Source of the DNA: Octopus sinensis
Lineage: Eukaryota
Assembly: GCF_006345805.1 (NCBI RefSeq)
Contig: NC_043006.1
Coordinates: 8,246,001-8,310,000, forward strand
Reading direction: 5' to 3'
DNA length: 64,000 bases
The notes under the pieces were generated by a model, which saw only the letters and a program-made list of their open reading frames with translations, was not told the origin of the DNA and searched no databases. Positions 26,036 to 39,974 of this stretch are shown piece after piece (within the stretch, counting starts at the first letter, position 1; every line of letters begins with the position of its first letter). The position numbers were made by a program, and so were the translations under genes.

Positions 26036-26954
26036 ATTATATATATAACGTAAACAATAACTCATGTAGAGAGTTGTTTATACACTATCTGTAGGAGAGA
26101 TCTATCTTATTCATTGTCAGGAAAAATGTACTTTGTAGCGACCATCAACACTGACTATAACTTTCTATATAATTCATGCAGGAAGATGGCAAGACGAAAC
26201 AAGATTTTCAATAATATGTAATAAGCTGTCCGCTGAGTGGCGATTGGCATGTAACCCTATGGACTATTGTCACAACCAATATCGACTTTTATGTGTTAAT
26301 AAAGGTGTCTCTACTGGATAGACAAATCTCCCTCAGATCAAAGTTTACTTTCTTAAGGTGAGAAGGATGCATTGTCAAATATATTTAATGAGACACTATG
26401 AGAAAATTTAGCATTTATCACAGTTAAGTGGCTGTTTTTGTAGGCACGAATATGTAGTCAAACGGTTCACTATGTAATAACGCACTCTGATTCCATTACA
26501 AAGCCCATTTTTAAAATAGCTTCGGTTTGAATAACTTCTTGTGAATGAAATATAGCTGACAGTCATTTCGTTGAAGTTTATTGTATATATATGTGTGACT
26601 ACACCTATACTCACACCTGCAATCAATCACATACGAATATATAAAGTAAATAAAAATATGATACAACATAACGTTCGCTAATACTGAACAGGAGAGAATA
26701 GTCAAAATATTGCTTCATTTAGAAATACGAAGTGCCCGCAAAATTCATATAACGACTATCTGCTTGTCAGTGAGTTTGTGAGCCACTATTGACGAAACTG
26801 GAAGGGATTATCACTCTGTACTTCTTCCCTCAATCTCCATCTCTAGCTCTCTCTGCCTCCCTGGTGTTCTGTCTGCTTGCTTCCTTTTCCTTATAGCCTC
26901 TCCTCTCTCTTTCTCTGTTTATATGGACAGTACATATAAAAGGAAAATATATTT

Positions 26955-27172
26955 ACTACCCACAAGGGGCTAAACATAGAGGGGACAAACAAGGACAGAC
27001 AAACGGATTAAGTCGATTACATCGACCCCAGTGCGTAACTGGTACTTAATTTATCGACCCCGTAAGGATGAAAGGCAAAGTCGACCCCGGCGGAATTTGA
27101 ACTCAGAACGTAACGGCCGACGAAATACTACTAAGCATTTCGCCCGGCGTGCTAAAGTTTCTGCCAGCTCAT
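26955..27172 (-). mobile_element. SINE family B
   Basis: tacccacaaggggctaaac...gtcgaccccggcggaatttgaactc...tctgccagctc. Confidence 0.9.
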
Positions 27173-28293
27173 CGTGTGGTATTTATATCATACACAGTTT
27201 TTGCTAAAGCTTTCTTTATAGTCTGCCGTTGACGTCGATTATATGCACACCAAATTAGTGGGGTTAAATTAATCTACTACGTAAATAGCCCAACGGAAAT
27301 CAATAGATAGTGGAAAAGGGCAATACAGGAACGAAGTTTTCGATAAGGGTTTCATTGGGTGGAGAACTTTAACAACAACAATTTTATCTTATAGTTCGAT
27401 TATAGAGTGAACTTGACTTCGATCCTTCATTGACTATTTTTGATCAAGCACACAATTGATATTGTATAGGAGATATCGAGGTCCTAAATTATACGTTGTA
27501 TATTCGATTGGGAATCGAACATTGAAAAGTGCGGTAATGAACAGTGACATTCAATAGCATATCCCATATCAGCATTATACATTATCCAAAACTGCCTATG
27601 GTTTGAAGTTAATGACAAGTAGAACAGATTTATATTTATGATATGCTCGGCTGTACATGATATTTCCGTTTAGCTGAAAACATTGACGTTAACTGCTCTA
27701 ACTTTGGATAACTTTTCACCTTACATATCGATCTTCATAGGAGAGGCTTACAAGATATAATGTCGGAAAATAGCGAACGGAATTTCGATACAAGTTTTTC
27801 TATTAATATTAGTATTTCAAGCATTCTTATAATAACTTACAGGCTATCGCATACATCTCAAGTATCACACTAATATCAACTTCACCTTTCTGTTTGGACC
27901 AAACCTAATAACATCCAGATGTTCTACAATGTTCGATTCAAACTTCTAAGCATTTATTACTATAGATGTATATTACTAAAGCAAATGCTAAAACTAGTTT
28001 CTATATTCTTGTGTTTGACAATATTTCAATGAGTATATATGTGTATGCAGTGAATTTATAATATACATTCAAACACGAGTTACATTTATATATATATATA
28101 TATATATATGGTGAATATATAATAGAATATATAATACATTTATATATATATATACGGTGAATGTATAATAGACAGAGAGTAAGCGATATTTGCATTTATC
28201 TATATATTATAAGCGTATCGCTGTTTCACAATTATATAAAGATATACACATACATATATATACGTGTGTATATGTATGTATGTGTGGATGTGC

Positions 28294-28575
<282 letters not shown>

Positions 28576-28732
28576 TATATATATGCACCATATATATATA
28601 TATATATATATATATGGCAGTGCCCCAGCATGGCCACAGCTCGTGAGCTGAAGCTAGATGAAATGAAATGAAATGAATATATATATAAATATATAAACAC
28701 GCATGTATGTATATAAGTACATAGATACATAC

Positions 28733-28763
<31 letters not shown>

Positions 28764-29699
28764 CATACATACATACATACATACATACATACATACATAC
28801 ATACATGCAACCTAGTTTCAATGTGTCTAGACTACAAGAAAGTCTCTGACTCTGTTCCCCACTCATGGGTGCTAGAATCTCTTCCATTTGCTAAAGTTCC
28901 AGTGAGAATAGTCAAAGCCATAGCTGACCTGACTTCATCGTGGGCCATCATCTTGAAATTAAACACAAAGAGTGGCTGAATTATCACCGATTGAATACAG
29001 TACCGCAAAGGCATATTCCAAGGAGACAACCTCTCTGTGATATTCTTTATAATTTTTGTAAACCCCTTCTCACTCAATGTAAGGAAGTCTGAAGGATATC
29101 TCACTGGTTCACAAGGAAATAGATATACAAAAATTACACACTGTTTCTTTGTGGCTGATTTAAAACTTTATGCAAAGAATATGCATGAAATGAAAAGGTG
29201 TGATCTGGTTGCAACATTTTCAAAAGATGTAGGGTTGGAGTTTGGTCAGGATAAATGCTGTTATATGGTTGTGAAAAGGTGGAAAACTATAAACCAGACT
29301 AGTAACATCTCCATTAATGATTTTACTGTTTCCTCTATATCTGACAAGGAATGTTACAGGTATCTAGTGGTGGATGAAAATATATCTTACAGTAGAAGCA
29401 TCTTTAACAAAACACGTGTCACTAAAGAATATTACAGCCGAATAAACAAACTTTGGACCTCAGAAGTCTCTGCATTCAATAAAACAAGGTGTTTGCAGAG
29501 CCAGTATCCATACAAACATTTCGGCTGCTTAAATAGACCCTTGATGAGATCCGAGCTATTGATGTGAAAACTCGAAAAATACTAACAAGCACAATAATGT
29601 CCACATAAACAGGGATGTGGAACGAAAACAAGGCAGAAAGGGACACAGAAAAATGTATGTATGTATGTATGTATGTATGTATGTAGGTATGTATATATA

Positions 29700-30184
29700 T
29701 CATCATCATCATTGTTCGACAGTCGTCGAGACAATGGAATTTACTATGTTACGCCAGACTTCACGGACCATCATAGCATTACAGAGGTCTTGTTGCTAGA
29801 TGTATGTATCCCTGGAGATTACGTCAGGGTAGTAGAATGTGCGCCCTCTGGTATCGCGAGCAGATGGCTTCCAGAGGAGAAGAGTAGAAATTACCTTGTT
29901 TTCAGCTCTACAACATTGTCCAGCAAACCGGACTCTTCTACCTTTCACAAGAGATGATACAGGTAGTAATGTCCCATATATTTGTACTTTGGTTGGATGA
30001 CGCTTCCATGAGAGATTTTGAGCTCTCATAAGGAGGCGAGTGTAAGTTCTATCCAACCGCTTCTCAAGCTTCTTTGATAACATCCAGGTTTCTGAGCCAT
30101 ATAGTAGAATTGTTTCGACTGTGGCTTTGAAGATTTTAAGTTTGAAATCTCTACTTAGATTTGATGACCAGATCATATGCATAT
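29700..30184 (-). mobile_element. RTE LINE 3' fragment
   Basis: KIFKATVETILLYGSETW..RVRFAGQC; (GAT)n tail. Confidence 0.88.
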
Positions 30185-30640
30185 CGTCGATCCAAAATGC
30201 CTTTGAATGTCGCATCATATCCCTTCACCAACGTCTTTTAACCACCAAGTGTCGAAGTGCATCCGTTGACCAAGTTTGCATACATGAGACTGATAACATC
30301 ATAAGACTTGGAAGGCAGCTCCTTGAGCAACACTCTTTGCCTGATAACCTAGAATACATGCCCAAAGACGTCGCACGACTCTACTGCAACGTATCATCAT
30401 GTAAAAGGAAGAGCCTGTATGAGCAGAAGACTATGCATGGGTTTGTTACTAGAAAGCTGCGTGATGATAGTAACATCGATCTTCAAAGTAGTTTATCATG
30501 GACCAATAGCCGGATTACTACCTACCACTTTGAAGGGTCTGCGTATGCAATCCAGGAACAGGAAATATCAACCAAGTACCTGATGCAAAAAAGGGATAGA
30601 GATGTAGGTAAAGCAGTAAAGTGTGACAACCTATTTCTTT

Positions 30641-30859
30641 ATTACCCACAAGGGGCTAAACACAGAGGGGACAAACAAGGACAGACATAGGTATTAAGTC
30701 GATTACATCGACCCCAGTGCGTAAGTGGTACTTAATTTATCGACCCCGAAAGGATGAAAGGCAAAGTCGACCTCGGCGTAATTTGAACTCACAACGTAAC
30801 GCAGACGAAATACCGCTAAGCATTTCGCCCGGCGTGCTAACGTTTCTGCCAGCTCGCCA
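30641..30859 (-). mobile_element. SINE family B inserted in the family-4 LINE, about 6-bp TSD acaacc
   Basis: gtgacaacc[SINE]aacaaccgatgtaga; excision restores CDNRCRL. Confidence 0.9.
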
Positions 30860-31496
30860 ACAACCGATGTAGACTTTATGGAGTTCACGCTGAAGATATC
30901 ACCCACATTATAAGCAGTTGTCCGAAAATTTCATCACGGTATTATCTACCGATGTGACATTATAGAGCTAAGACGCCCTGTAATGAAATCCTTCGGAAGT
31001 ATAATCCCGAGGACAAGGAAATAAGAGCCCACAATATGGTAGAAGCCATAACTACTCATAATAAAAAGAATACTAGTGGGGTGTTTCGGTGAAGACCTCA
31101 ATAAAATGTAATCACAACAGACCTGATTTAATGATTTGAGATGGAGAAGAGAAACTGCAGAGCGGATGTTAACATAAAGCTGAAGGTCAGTGAAAAAGAG
31201 AACATCTATGCTGAACTACTGAGAAATCCGCAGTTACTCTAACCAGATTACAAATTCAGGTTCATACCTGTAATTATTGAGGACCTGAGATATGTGAAGC
31301 ACTGCTTAAATACCAATCTTAAGAAATCAGGCTTCTCAAAACCAGAAAGGAGAAAGCTGATTCGAAAACTACAAATCCAATCCAACGCTGAAATTGTAAA
31401 AGAACTTTCCAGAAGTTTATCATTTAAATATATATGAGCATGTCTAGATATGCAACTATAGGCATGAGAATACATACATAAAACTTACAAATCTGC

Positions 31497-31564
<68 letters not shown>

Positions 31565-31904
31565 CATACATACGTGTATGCATGCATACATACATACAGA
31601 CATACAATAATACCCTGTTGTTGATATTGAAATTCCAATGAAGGAGCTTTGAATTCCTGCTGAGTATAACTAGAGAAACATAATATAAGTTGCTTTCCTC
31701 CTCTCTATCACATGCTTCTTTGTTCCATTCCGCTTCACGATTCTCTGAACTTGAGACGGAACACTCTAACCTCCAGTCCACTCATCTTCGAAGTATTTAT
31801 TTTACTAGTTCACTTACTTCCTAAAATAATATTCTCGCTAACATACTGACATACTTTTGCCACTATATTACGTCCTTCAATATTTCACAATGAAGAATAT
31901 AACT

Positions 31905-32080
31905 ATTTGTTTAGAGAGGACACAGAGAGGACAAACAAGGACAAACAAACGGATTAAGTCAATTACATCGACCCCAGTGCGTAACTGGTACTTAATTTAT
32001 CGACCCCGAAAGGATGAAAGGCAAAGTCGACCTCGGCGGAATTTGGACTCAGAACGTAACGGCAGACGAAATACGGCTAC
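31905..32080 (-). mobile_element. SINE family B, partial
   Basis: Sequence match to 26955. Confidence 0.85.
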
Positions 32081-32913
32081 GCGTACAATGAAGGATATAA
32101 CGCGTAGTTACATCCCTATACCTCGATAGGTTAGTTCTTCCTTATAAACTTCCCCGACAATATCTTACATATTCTTACTAATGTAATAAGCACAATGATA
32201 TACTATCTCATAATTCCAAAATGTTACACATTCTTTTCCTTTGTTTCACTGTTTCAGCGGGGTTCTGAACAAATGCTTTCAAGAAATGTTTTCACAAAAA
32301 CGACCTTCTGCATACTATAAACGCCAAAGACAGTTATAAAAATTTAATCTTGTAACCATTACGGGCATTAACAGCTACATGAACACCTTTCGGCTAATGA
32401 GATTGTCTATTGTATAATCAAGGGATTATACAAATAATCTTGTATAATCAAGGGATTACCAAATAATCTGGTCGAAGCTTCTAGAAACTTCATTGGGTGT
32501 TATAGAATATGGGAATTTTATTTCCTAGGCAGAACTATCTCATACTTTCAGGACAGGTGTGTTCTCTTTTTCTACTTGTTCTGCCTAGAACCATAAGGTA
32601 TGCGGAGCATTGTCAGTCCCTATTGGGATAAGGCGTCCTCATTCTTTCCACCTAATTTGTTCTGAATACTTATGAACTTTGTACTACTTTCTACTACAGG
32701 AAAACTCGAAGTTACTCCATTCGATATGTCTTGGATGTGGTTCAGTTTATTTAACTATTGTATATATGTTAATGTAAATGTTGAAGGCTAATAAAAATGT
32801 ATGACAACAAATACCATTATCAGTTTAATCATTATGAACGTAAAAAGCAGCGGAACAAATAGCTATTTAATAATCGTAATACCATTCTAAAATTCATTAG
32901 AAAAGTATATATA

Positions 32914-33305
32914 CAGGCGCAGGAGTGGATGTGTGGTAAGTAGCATCCTTACCAACCACATGGTTCCGAGTTCAGTCCCACTGGGTGGAACCTTGGGCAA
33001 GTGTCTTCTACTATGGCCTCGTGCCGACCAAAGCCTTGTAAGTGGATTTGGTAGATGGAAACTGAGCGAGGCCCGGCGTATATATGTATATATATGCATG
33101 TGTATGTTTGTGTGTCTGTGTTTGTCCCCCCAGCATCGCTTGACAACCGATGCTGGTGTGTTTACGTCCTCGTAACTTAGCGGTTCGGCAAAAATGACCG
33201 ATAGAATAAGTACTGCGCTTACAAAGAATAAGTCCCGGGGTCGATTTGCTCGACTAAAGGCGGTGCTCCAGCATGTCCACAGTCACATGACAGAAACAAG
33301 TGAAC
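32914..33305 (+). mobile_element. SINE family A, full length, between 143-bp direct repeats
   Basis: caggcgcaggagtgg...cagaaacaagt. Confidence 0.92.
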
Positions 33306-33651
33306 AAGCAAAGTCAATGTAAATGTTGAAGGCTAATAAAAATGTATGAGAACTAATACCATTATCATTTTAATCATTATGAACGTAAAAAGAAACTTAC
33401 CAAATAGCTAATTAATAACCATAATACCATTCTAAAATTCATTAGAAAAGTATATATATTCTTACTGATTAAATATATTTCTCTCCTAAATTCTCTTGTC
33501 TTTATTCCAGAGATAAAAGTTCTCCAACTTCCGTTGCTACCTGTACCATCGACACCGCATAAACTACCTCCAACGACATTATCTCCTCCAATAATACTTA
33601 CTCCATCTAAGTCACCTTAGAATGCCCCCTCTCTCTGCCTGTCTCTCTGTC

Positions 33652-33684
<33 letters not shown>

Positions 33685-34267
33685 ATGTCTCTGTGTGTAT
33701 GTATGTCCATTACATCATCAAACCATTCGCCACCAATTATTCTCTCAACATCAATTCTAATATTCTAACAACATACAGTTCGGTGCCTTTAACAAGGTAA
33801 GATCACCAAGGTTCAGCATTTGCCTGTATCTATGATATAATGCCTCTCCCATTAATGCCTCATTTCTGATTTTAATGGTTGGTCCCTTCCTTTATATACA
33901 CAAGAGAAACACGAGCTACATTTACAGAAGAATAGAAGGAAGACTGCAACAGTGAAAGAAAGATATTTCAAAGCAAACATCCAGCATTAAAACAGTGAAA
34001 TATTAAAGAGAACAGGAAATCCTGTCATAGTACTGTTAATGGGGGAAGTGCTGAAGTATTTGCTGTACGGGCGTTAAATTATATTCTTATATGTATATAT
34101 ACGTTTGCTTCCTTAACTTGTTTCAACCCTTAGGCTGCATCGATACTGGGGACCACCTTGGAGAATTGTAGGCGAATGAATCCACCCCAGTGCTATTTTT
34201 AAGCCTGGAAATGTTCTATCGGTATTTTGCAGAACTGCTAATTTGTATGTATGTAAGTATGTATGTA

Positions 34268-34410
34268 TAGGGAGAGTTTACGAAAAGAAACAAAAGACGA
34301 AGACAGGTGGTGTACAAAACAAACAGATGTATTAGTATAACGCTCAGGAATAGAAGAAGTCTTTTACGTTTCGAGCCTACGCTCTTCTACAGAAAGGGAC
34401 ACAGAAAAAT
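34268..34410 (-). mobile_element. F1 hammerhead element (motif at 34361-34396)
   Basis: cuuu-CUGUAGA-a-gagc(guag)gcuc-GAAA-cg-UA-aaag. Confidence 0.75.
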
Positions 34411-34446
34411 GTATGTATGTATGTATGTATGTAGGTATGTATATAT

Positions 34447-34935
34447 ATCATCATCATCATTGTTCGACAGTCGTCGAGACAATGGAATTTACTATGTTAC
34501 GCCAGACTTAACGGTCCATCATAGCATTACAGAGGTCCTGTTGCTAGATGCCTCTATTCCTGGAGATTACGTCAGGGTAGGAGAATGTGCGCCTTCTGGT
34601 ATAGCGAGCAGATGGCTTCCAGTGTAGAAGTTTAGAAATTACCTCATTTTCAGCTCTACAACAATGTCCAGCAAACTGGACTCTCCTACCTTTCACAAGA
34701 GAAGAAACAGGTGGTAATTTCCCATATATTTGTACTTTGATTGGATGACGCTTCCACGAGAGATTTTGAGCTTTCATAAGGAGGCGAGTATAAGTTCCAT
34801 CCAACCGCCTCTCACGCTTCTTTGATAACATCCATGTTTCTGAGCCATATAGTAGAACTGGTTCAACTGTGGCTTTGAAGATTTTAAGTTTTAAATATCT
34901 ACTTAGATTTGATGACCAGATCTTATGCATATCAT
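34447..34935 (-). mobile_element. RTE LINE 3' fragment, paralogous to the 29700 copy
   Basis: ORF 34544-34930 contains LLYGSETW and RVQFAGHC. Confidence 0.88.
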
Positions 34936-34959
34936 TACAGGCTGAAAAGACTATGTATG

Positions 34960-35880
34960 TATGTATGTATGTATGATTTTTTTTTAGCTTTACTTTAAGT
35001 TATTCTTGAGAGATTTGAAGCCGGTCGCTAACAAAGCAACAAAATCGTTTGAGTTACGAGAGTTCCGGTATTTGTAATATATGTGGTTGAGTTGGTGTGT
35101 TGTTTGAATTGCCGATGCATACACACAGGTGTTCAGATCTATTCACATGGGAATATGAGATTTAGAATTTTTGGAATATATTGAAAATCCTCACTAATAG
35201 ATAGCATTTTGAGAATCCGCGCCAGTTGCTTTTGCGGTTTTTTCGTGAAACCAAGTATTTCTAAGTTTTTGTGCCAATTTGTTGGTACAAAACCTGATAC
35301 ATCTATGATAATAGGTGAAAATGATAATTCATAGTAAGAGTACAAGAGCTGTAAGTTCCGCATTAATTGGACCTTTTCTGGATTTGTGATTGTAGATTCA
35401 CATCTGCTGGGTAACTGACCCTTACGACAGCGCATGACTTTTCTTCACCTTCTAACAGAAAAATATCAGGTCTGTTATGTTTGCACGGAATTGATATTTT
35501 TATTGAGGTGTTCCACCATTATTCCTTGTTTTTAAAGGTGTAAATACCTGCTGGTTCTGACACACTTTTGATGTATAGGTCAGGGCAGTCCTTCTTGCCT
35601 AGATCATTCTAAATAGACTTTGAGACAGTATTATGCCCCTGATACAGCTATGTATCGTTATTGGCGCAGGTGCTGATAATGTGGGTGACATATTCCATAC
35701 TAGCATAACAAAGCAAACATTTTTTTTTTATCGCAACGTGGAGGTTTCTAGTCTCTTTCTCCTTGTTTATCAGGTATACCATTTTTATTTCAAGATTTCT
35801 AACCAATGAAGAAAACCGGTTTCTAACCTTGATCCAAGGCTCCTTTAATGGAATTTCCACATCAGAAACTGGGCGTTTTT
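34960..35880 (-). mobile_element. Family-4-related RLE LINE 3' end with short leader, (CATA)n on both sides
   Basis: KCLLC..EYVTHIISTCA, NRPDI and FSPIIID motifs. Confidence 0.7.
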
Positions 35881-35889
35881 GTATGTATG

Positions 35890-36780
35890 TATGTACGCAT
35901 GAATGTATGCTTGTGTGCAGATTTGTATATTTTGCTTTGTGTATGTATTTTCATGCGTATAGTTTTATATCTAGACATTGTCATATGCATTGAAATGATA
36001 AAATTCTGAAACGTTTTACAGATTTTTACAGTTCATGTGACGGATTCGATCTGTAGTCTTCGAATAAGTTTTCTACTTTCTGATTCTGGTTTTGAGAAGC
36101 TTAATTTCTCAAGATTGGTATTTAAGCAGTGTATTACATTTCCCTGGGCCCCAATAATTACAGGTGTTAACCTGAACTTGTAATATGGATAGAGTAACTG
36201 CAGGTTTCTCAATAGTTCAGCATAGGTATTCTCTTTTTCACTGACCTTCAGCTTTATGTTAACATCCGCTGGAAAGATGATTTCCACAATTGTATACAGT
36301 TTTGTCTTCTCTATACCAAATCATAATATCAGGTCTGTTGTGATTATATTTTATTGGCGTTTCCACTGGGACATTCCCCTAGAACTCCTGCTGTTGTTTC
36401 TTATTTCTTTGTACTCGTGATTATCCTTCCGACGGAGTTCATCATAGAGTGTCCTAGCTACAACATCATGTCTCATCGGTAGATAATAACGTGATGTGGG
36501 TGATGACGTCGGTGTTAACTCCACAATATCTGCATCGGTTGTATCATTTTACTGCTTTTCCTGAATATCGATTCCTTTCGTGCATCAGGTATTTGGTCGA
36601 TATTTCCTGTTCTTGGATAGTAAGCGCATGCTCTTCAAAGTGGGTGGTAGTATCCCGGTTATTGGTCCATGATAGACTGCTTTGATGATCAATGTTACTA
36701 TCATCTCGGAGCTTTCTACTTACATATCCATGCATAGTCTTCTGCTCATATATGCTCATCCTTTCATCTGATAATACGTG
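35890..36780 (-). mobile_element. RLE LINE family 4, 3' portion
   Basis: Clearly homologous to 30400-31500 (YEQKTMHG, IQEQEISTKYLM, FRLTPVIIGA). Confidence 0.88.
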
Positions 36781-36904
36781 CGACTTATTATATGTATGTA
36801 TTTATGCATGTATGTATGTATTTATGTATGCATGCATGTATGTCTCTATGTATCTATGTACGTACGTATGTATGTATATATGTATGTACGTGTCTATCTA
36901 TATA

Positions 36905-37131
36905 TATTCTTTACTACCCACAAGGGGCTAAACATAGAGGGGACAAACAAGGACAGACAAAGGGATTAAGTCGATTACATCGACCCCAGTGCGTAACTGG
37001 TACTTAATTTATCGACCCCGAAAGGATGAAAGGCAAAGTCGACCTCAGCGGAATTTGAACTCACAACGTAACGACAGACGAAATACGGCTACGCATTTCG
37101 CCCGGCGCGCTAACGTTTCTGCCAGCTCGCC
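36905..37131 (-). mobile_element. SINE family B, full length
   Basis: Near-identical to the 30641 copy. Confidence 0.92.
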
Positions 37132-38829
37132 GCCTTTGCAAGCTGGCGAGATATATCTATCTATATATCTGTGTGTGTGAGCGTGAGTGTGTGTATGCGT
37201 GTGTGTGTGTGTGTGTGTGTGTCTATACATCTGTACCTACAGAAGACAGCCATATGTTTTCTACACACGTCTTATTTAAATTCCTCTATGAGACGAAAGA
37301 CTAAAGCTAGTGCCGTTCCATCATTATCTATTAGTTGCATACACTCACACACCATCTCACACACACACCGCACCACACCACAATCTCACCTAGTCATATG
37401 TAGACGTATATATATAGAGAGAGAAACTGAAATAGAAAAGCAATAGATATTGTGAGGACCTATTATATTCACTATAACTAAACGAGTATTATTATCGCTT
37501 CACAATTTTCTGATGTAAAAATATTGAATTGCCGCTCTAGCCATTCAGAAAACTAAATTTAGTGCGATTTAACTTGATAGAATCAACTAGTGTGAGACGT
37601 AAGGGTTTACGTACACAATGTTTCCATTATTATTCCAGCAATGAAATATTAGGTGTTATTAATAAGAAAAGATTACACGAAGCTGATTGGTTCGTAAAGT
37701 GGCAAGATAACGACATCTTGATTATCAAATGGCAAATCTTGACTTTTTTTCAAAAGATCTAATAGCGCTTGAAGATATTGACTCCATAGAAATGGTAAAA
37801 TTATTACTAGAATACACTTTAAGATTTCTCAAAATGTCGTGCACCGTTGACCGTGAAATAACTTGCTTCTGATTGCGACAAGTTTTGTTTAAATGTGTCT
37901 GGGTTTAGAGTTCATAGCGTGTCAGGAAGCACAAAGTTGCAAAGCACTAATGGCATAAATTAAATTCATTTTCGTGTCAAACTTAAAATCAAATGATGTA
38001 TGAGTTATTTGGTGTATGAATGCTGCTGGTGCTGTGACGTCATGCAAATATCTCTTTCGTCAAATATTCATGTTAGAACAAAATGTATTACAGACTGATT
38101 TAGTAGTATAAAAAGCGACAAAGATTTTAGCACAAATTGTATTATATTAATCAGTTATATTCTTGTGTGATTATGAATCAATGAAAAATCGAAGAAAAAA
38201 ATATGACAATAACTTCTATTTTCAAAGTTACTTTATAGAAAACATAAAGAGCGTAATTTGAATAATAGAAAATGGAGTTTTCTGTTCATTTCTATTGACT
38301 CTATTGTCTAGCTTGCCATTCATTCAATACCGATATACGTTTTAATTTGTCATGATGTATGCCTTCTATATTGTCACTAATTTCGACATACACGCATTTT
38401 CCCCTTCCTCAGTCGCTCCCTCTCTTTTCCTCTTTCTTCCCTCTCACACCCTCTCTCTTTCTATTTTTCTGCTCTGTTCCCATATTTTATCAGATATATT
38501 CCTGCCAATTATGAAAACAAGATACTACATGTGGTACATTAAATCATATGATAAATAAAAGATCACGTTCACGAGAAAGTCTTTGCGTGATCGCTTAATC
38601 TCATGGATATAGCATCCACATATTCTATGCATCATACAATATCTCCTAAAAGAGGACGCATCAATTACCCAATGTAGTCCCTGAAGAAAGGGAAGTGACG
38701 TCAATATGACTTGTCTCATAAGTAATTAATAACGGTAGATGCAGTATAAAAAACAAAAGGCAATCTAACATAGAAGGGTTATATACACAACGTATAGAAG
38801 GTGATAGAGGCCTTATACGGTTAGAAAAC

Positions 38830-39350
38830 TAATAGAAAATAACCACCATAAGACTACAGTAATACATATTTCAGAATCAAGAAAAACTAATACAAATAAC
38901 CACACGAAAAAAACAAAAGAAAAATGTTTTCAGTCTTTAAAGAAGCTGACAAATACAAACAAGAAGCCACATTACCTAACAACTATGAAGAAAAAGAAGA
39001 AACACCAGAAGAAAAAACAAAAGCTGTAAAAAACAGAAATCCAAGCTAAAACTAGAACGGCAAAAGATCATGTTAAAATGATGACAAGAAAAGTCCATTC
39101 TTGGCAAATACTAGGTTAAACTAAACGCAAAATCCCAACCGTAGCTGAGAAGCTCAGGACTCAAGGAACAGACCGAAGGATTTTTCATTGCAGCACAATT
39201 AAAAATCTCCCCACCAGAAATTACCAAAAACATATAATGAACAGAAACATAACAAGTAACTGCAGAATATATGGAGATGGAGAAGAACCAATAAATCATG
39301 TTTCTGGCTGCCCATTTCTGGCTAAGAAGGAATATATTCACAGACACTTT
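38830..39350 (+). mobile_element. Dong-like family 1 internal fragment
   Basis: SSGLKEQTEG-like FFIAAQ segment, NCRI..EEPINH.SGCPFLAKKEYIHRH. Confidence 0.7.
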
Positions 39351-39885
39351 CTGCCCAATTCCGGCTGAGTTTGGCAACTCTATGCATAACTGCTTCCCAG
39401 TTCCTATCTACATGGAGATCTGGTCCGAACCAGTCTCCTAGCACTTTCACCGGACCCTCCGTCAAGCGACAGATATTGCTTTTAGGACAGACACTAGATA
39501 GCGATGGTCCATCCTGCCAAAAACTTTGGACTGGTCCACATTGATCAGTGTCCCTCGAAAGCACGATCTATTCCCTGCCCGTTCTACGATGTATCGCATG
39601 AGGTGGAGATTGTTATGGATAGATCTACCGGGGATCGTACAGGTTTGTGCATCCCCAACTATACTACCGACTACAAGCGCTAGCCTCTTGGCGAGCACCT
39701 TAGCTAAAACTTTTAACTCGGTGTTGAGTAAAGTTATAGACCTGAAGTTTTCGATCACAAACTCTTTGTTCGGATCCTTTCTCAGCAGCATCACCACTCC
39801 CCAACTCACACGACTGGGAATGCTTCCTGTCTGTTGCCAGGGGCCATAGACTGCTGCTAAAATCGGTGCAAACAGGTCCGACAGT
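39350..39885 (-). mobile_element. Tx1-like (L1 group) RT fragment with internal deletion
   Basis: NFRSITLLNTELKVLAKVLAKRL, AQTCTIPGRSIHNNL, DQSKVF and VKVLGDWFG motifs. Confidence 0.85.
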
Positions 39886-39974
39886 TGTGTTCTCTAATCT
39901 ATAGCAGCATCTTTAAAGTAGTTCTATTCTCCTTAATCATATTTTTTCAGTCAGGCACAATTTTCCAAATTTAT

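Larger units (their letters stand above)
28805..31500 (+). mobile_element. RLE LINE family 4 (RT to RLE), interrupted by an RTE fragment and a SINE
   Basis: LDYKKVSDSVPHSW, KGIFQGDNLS, DLKLYAK, AIQEQEI, CRL..EDITHIISSCP, NRPDL and FIPVII motifs; (CATA)n at the 5' flank. Confidence 0.85.
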
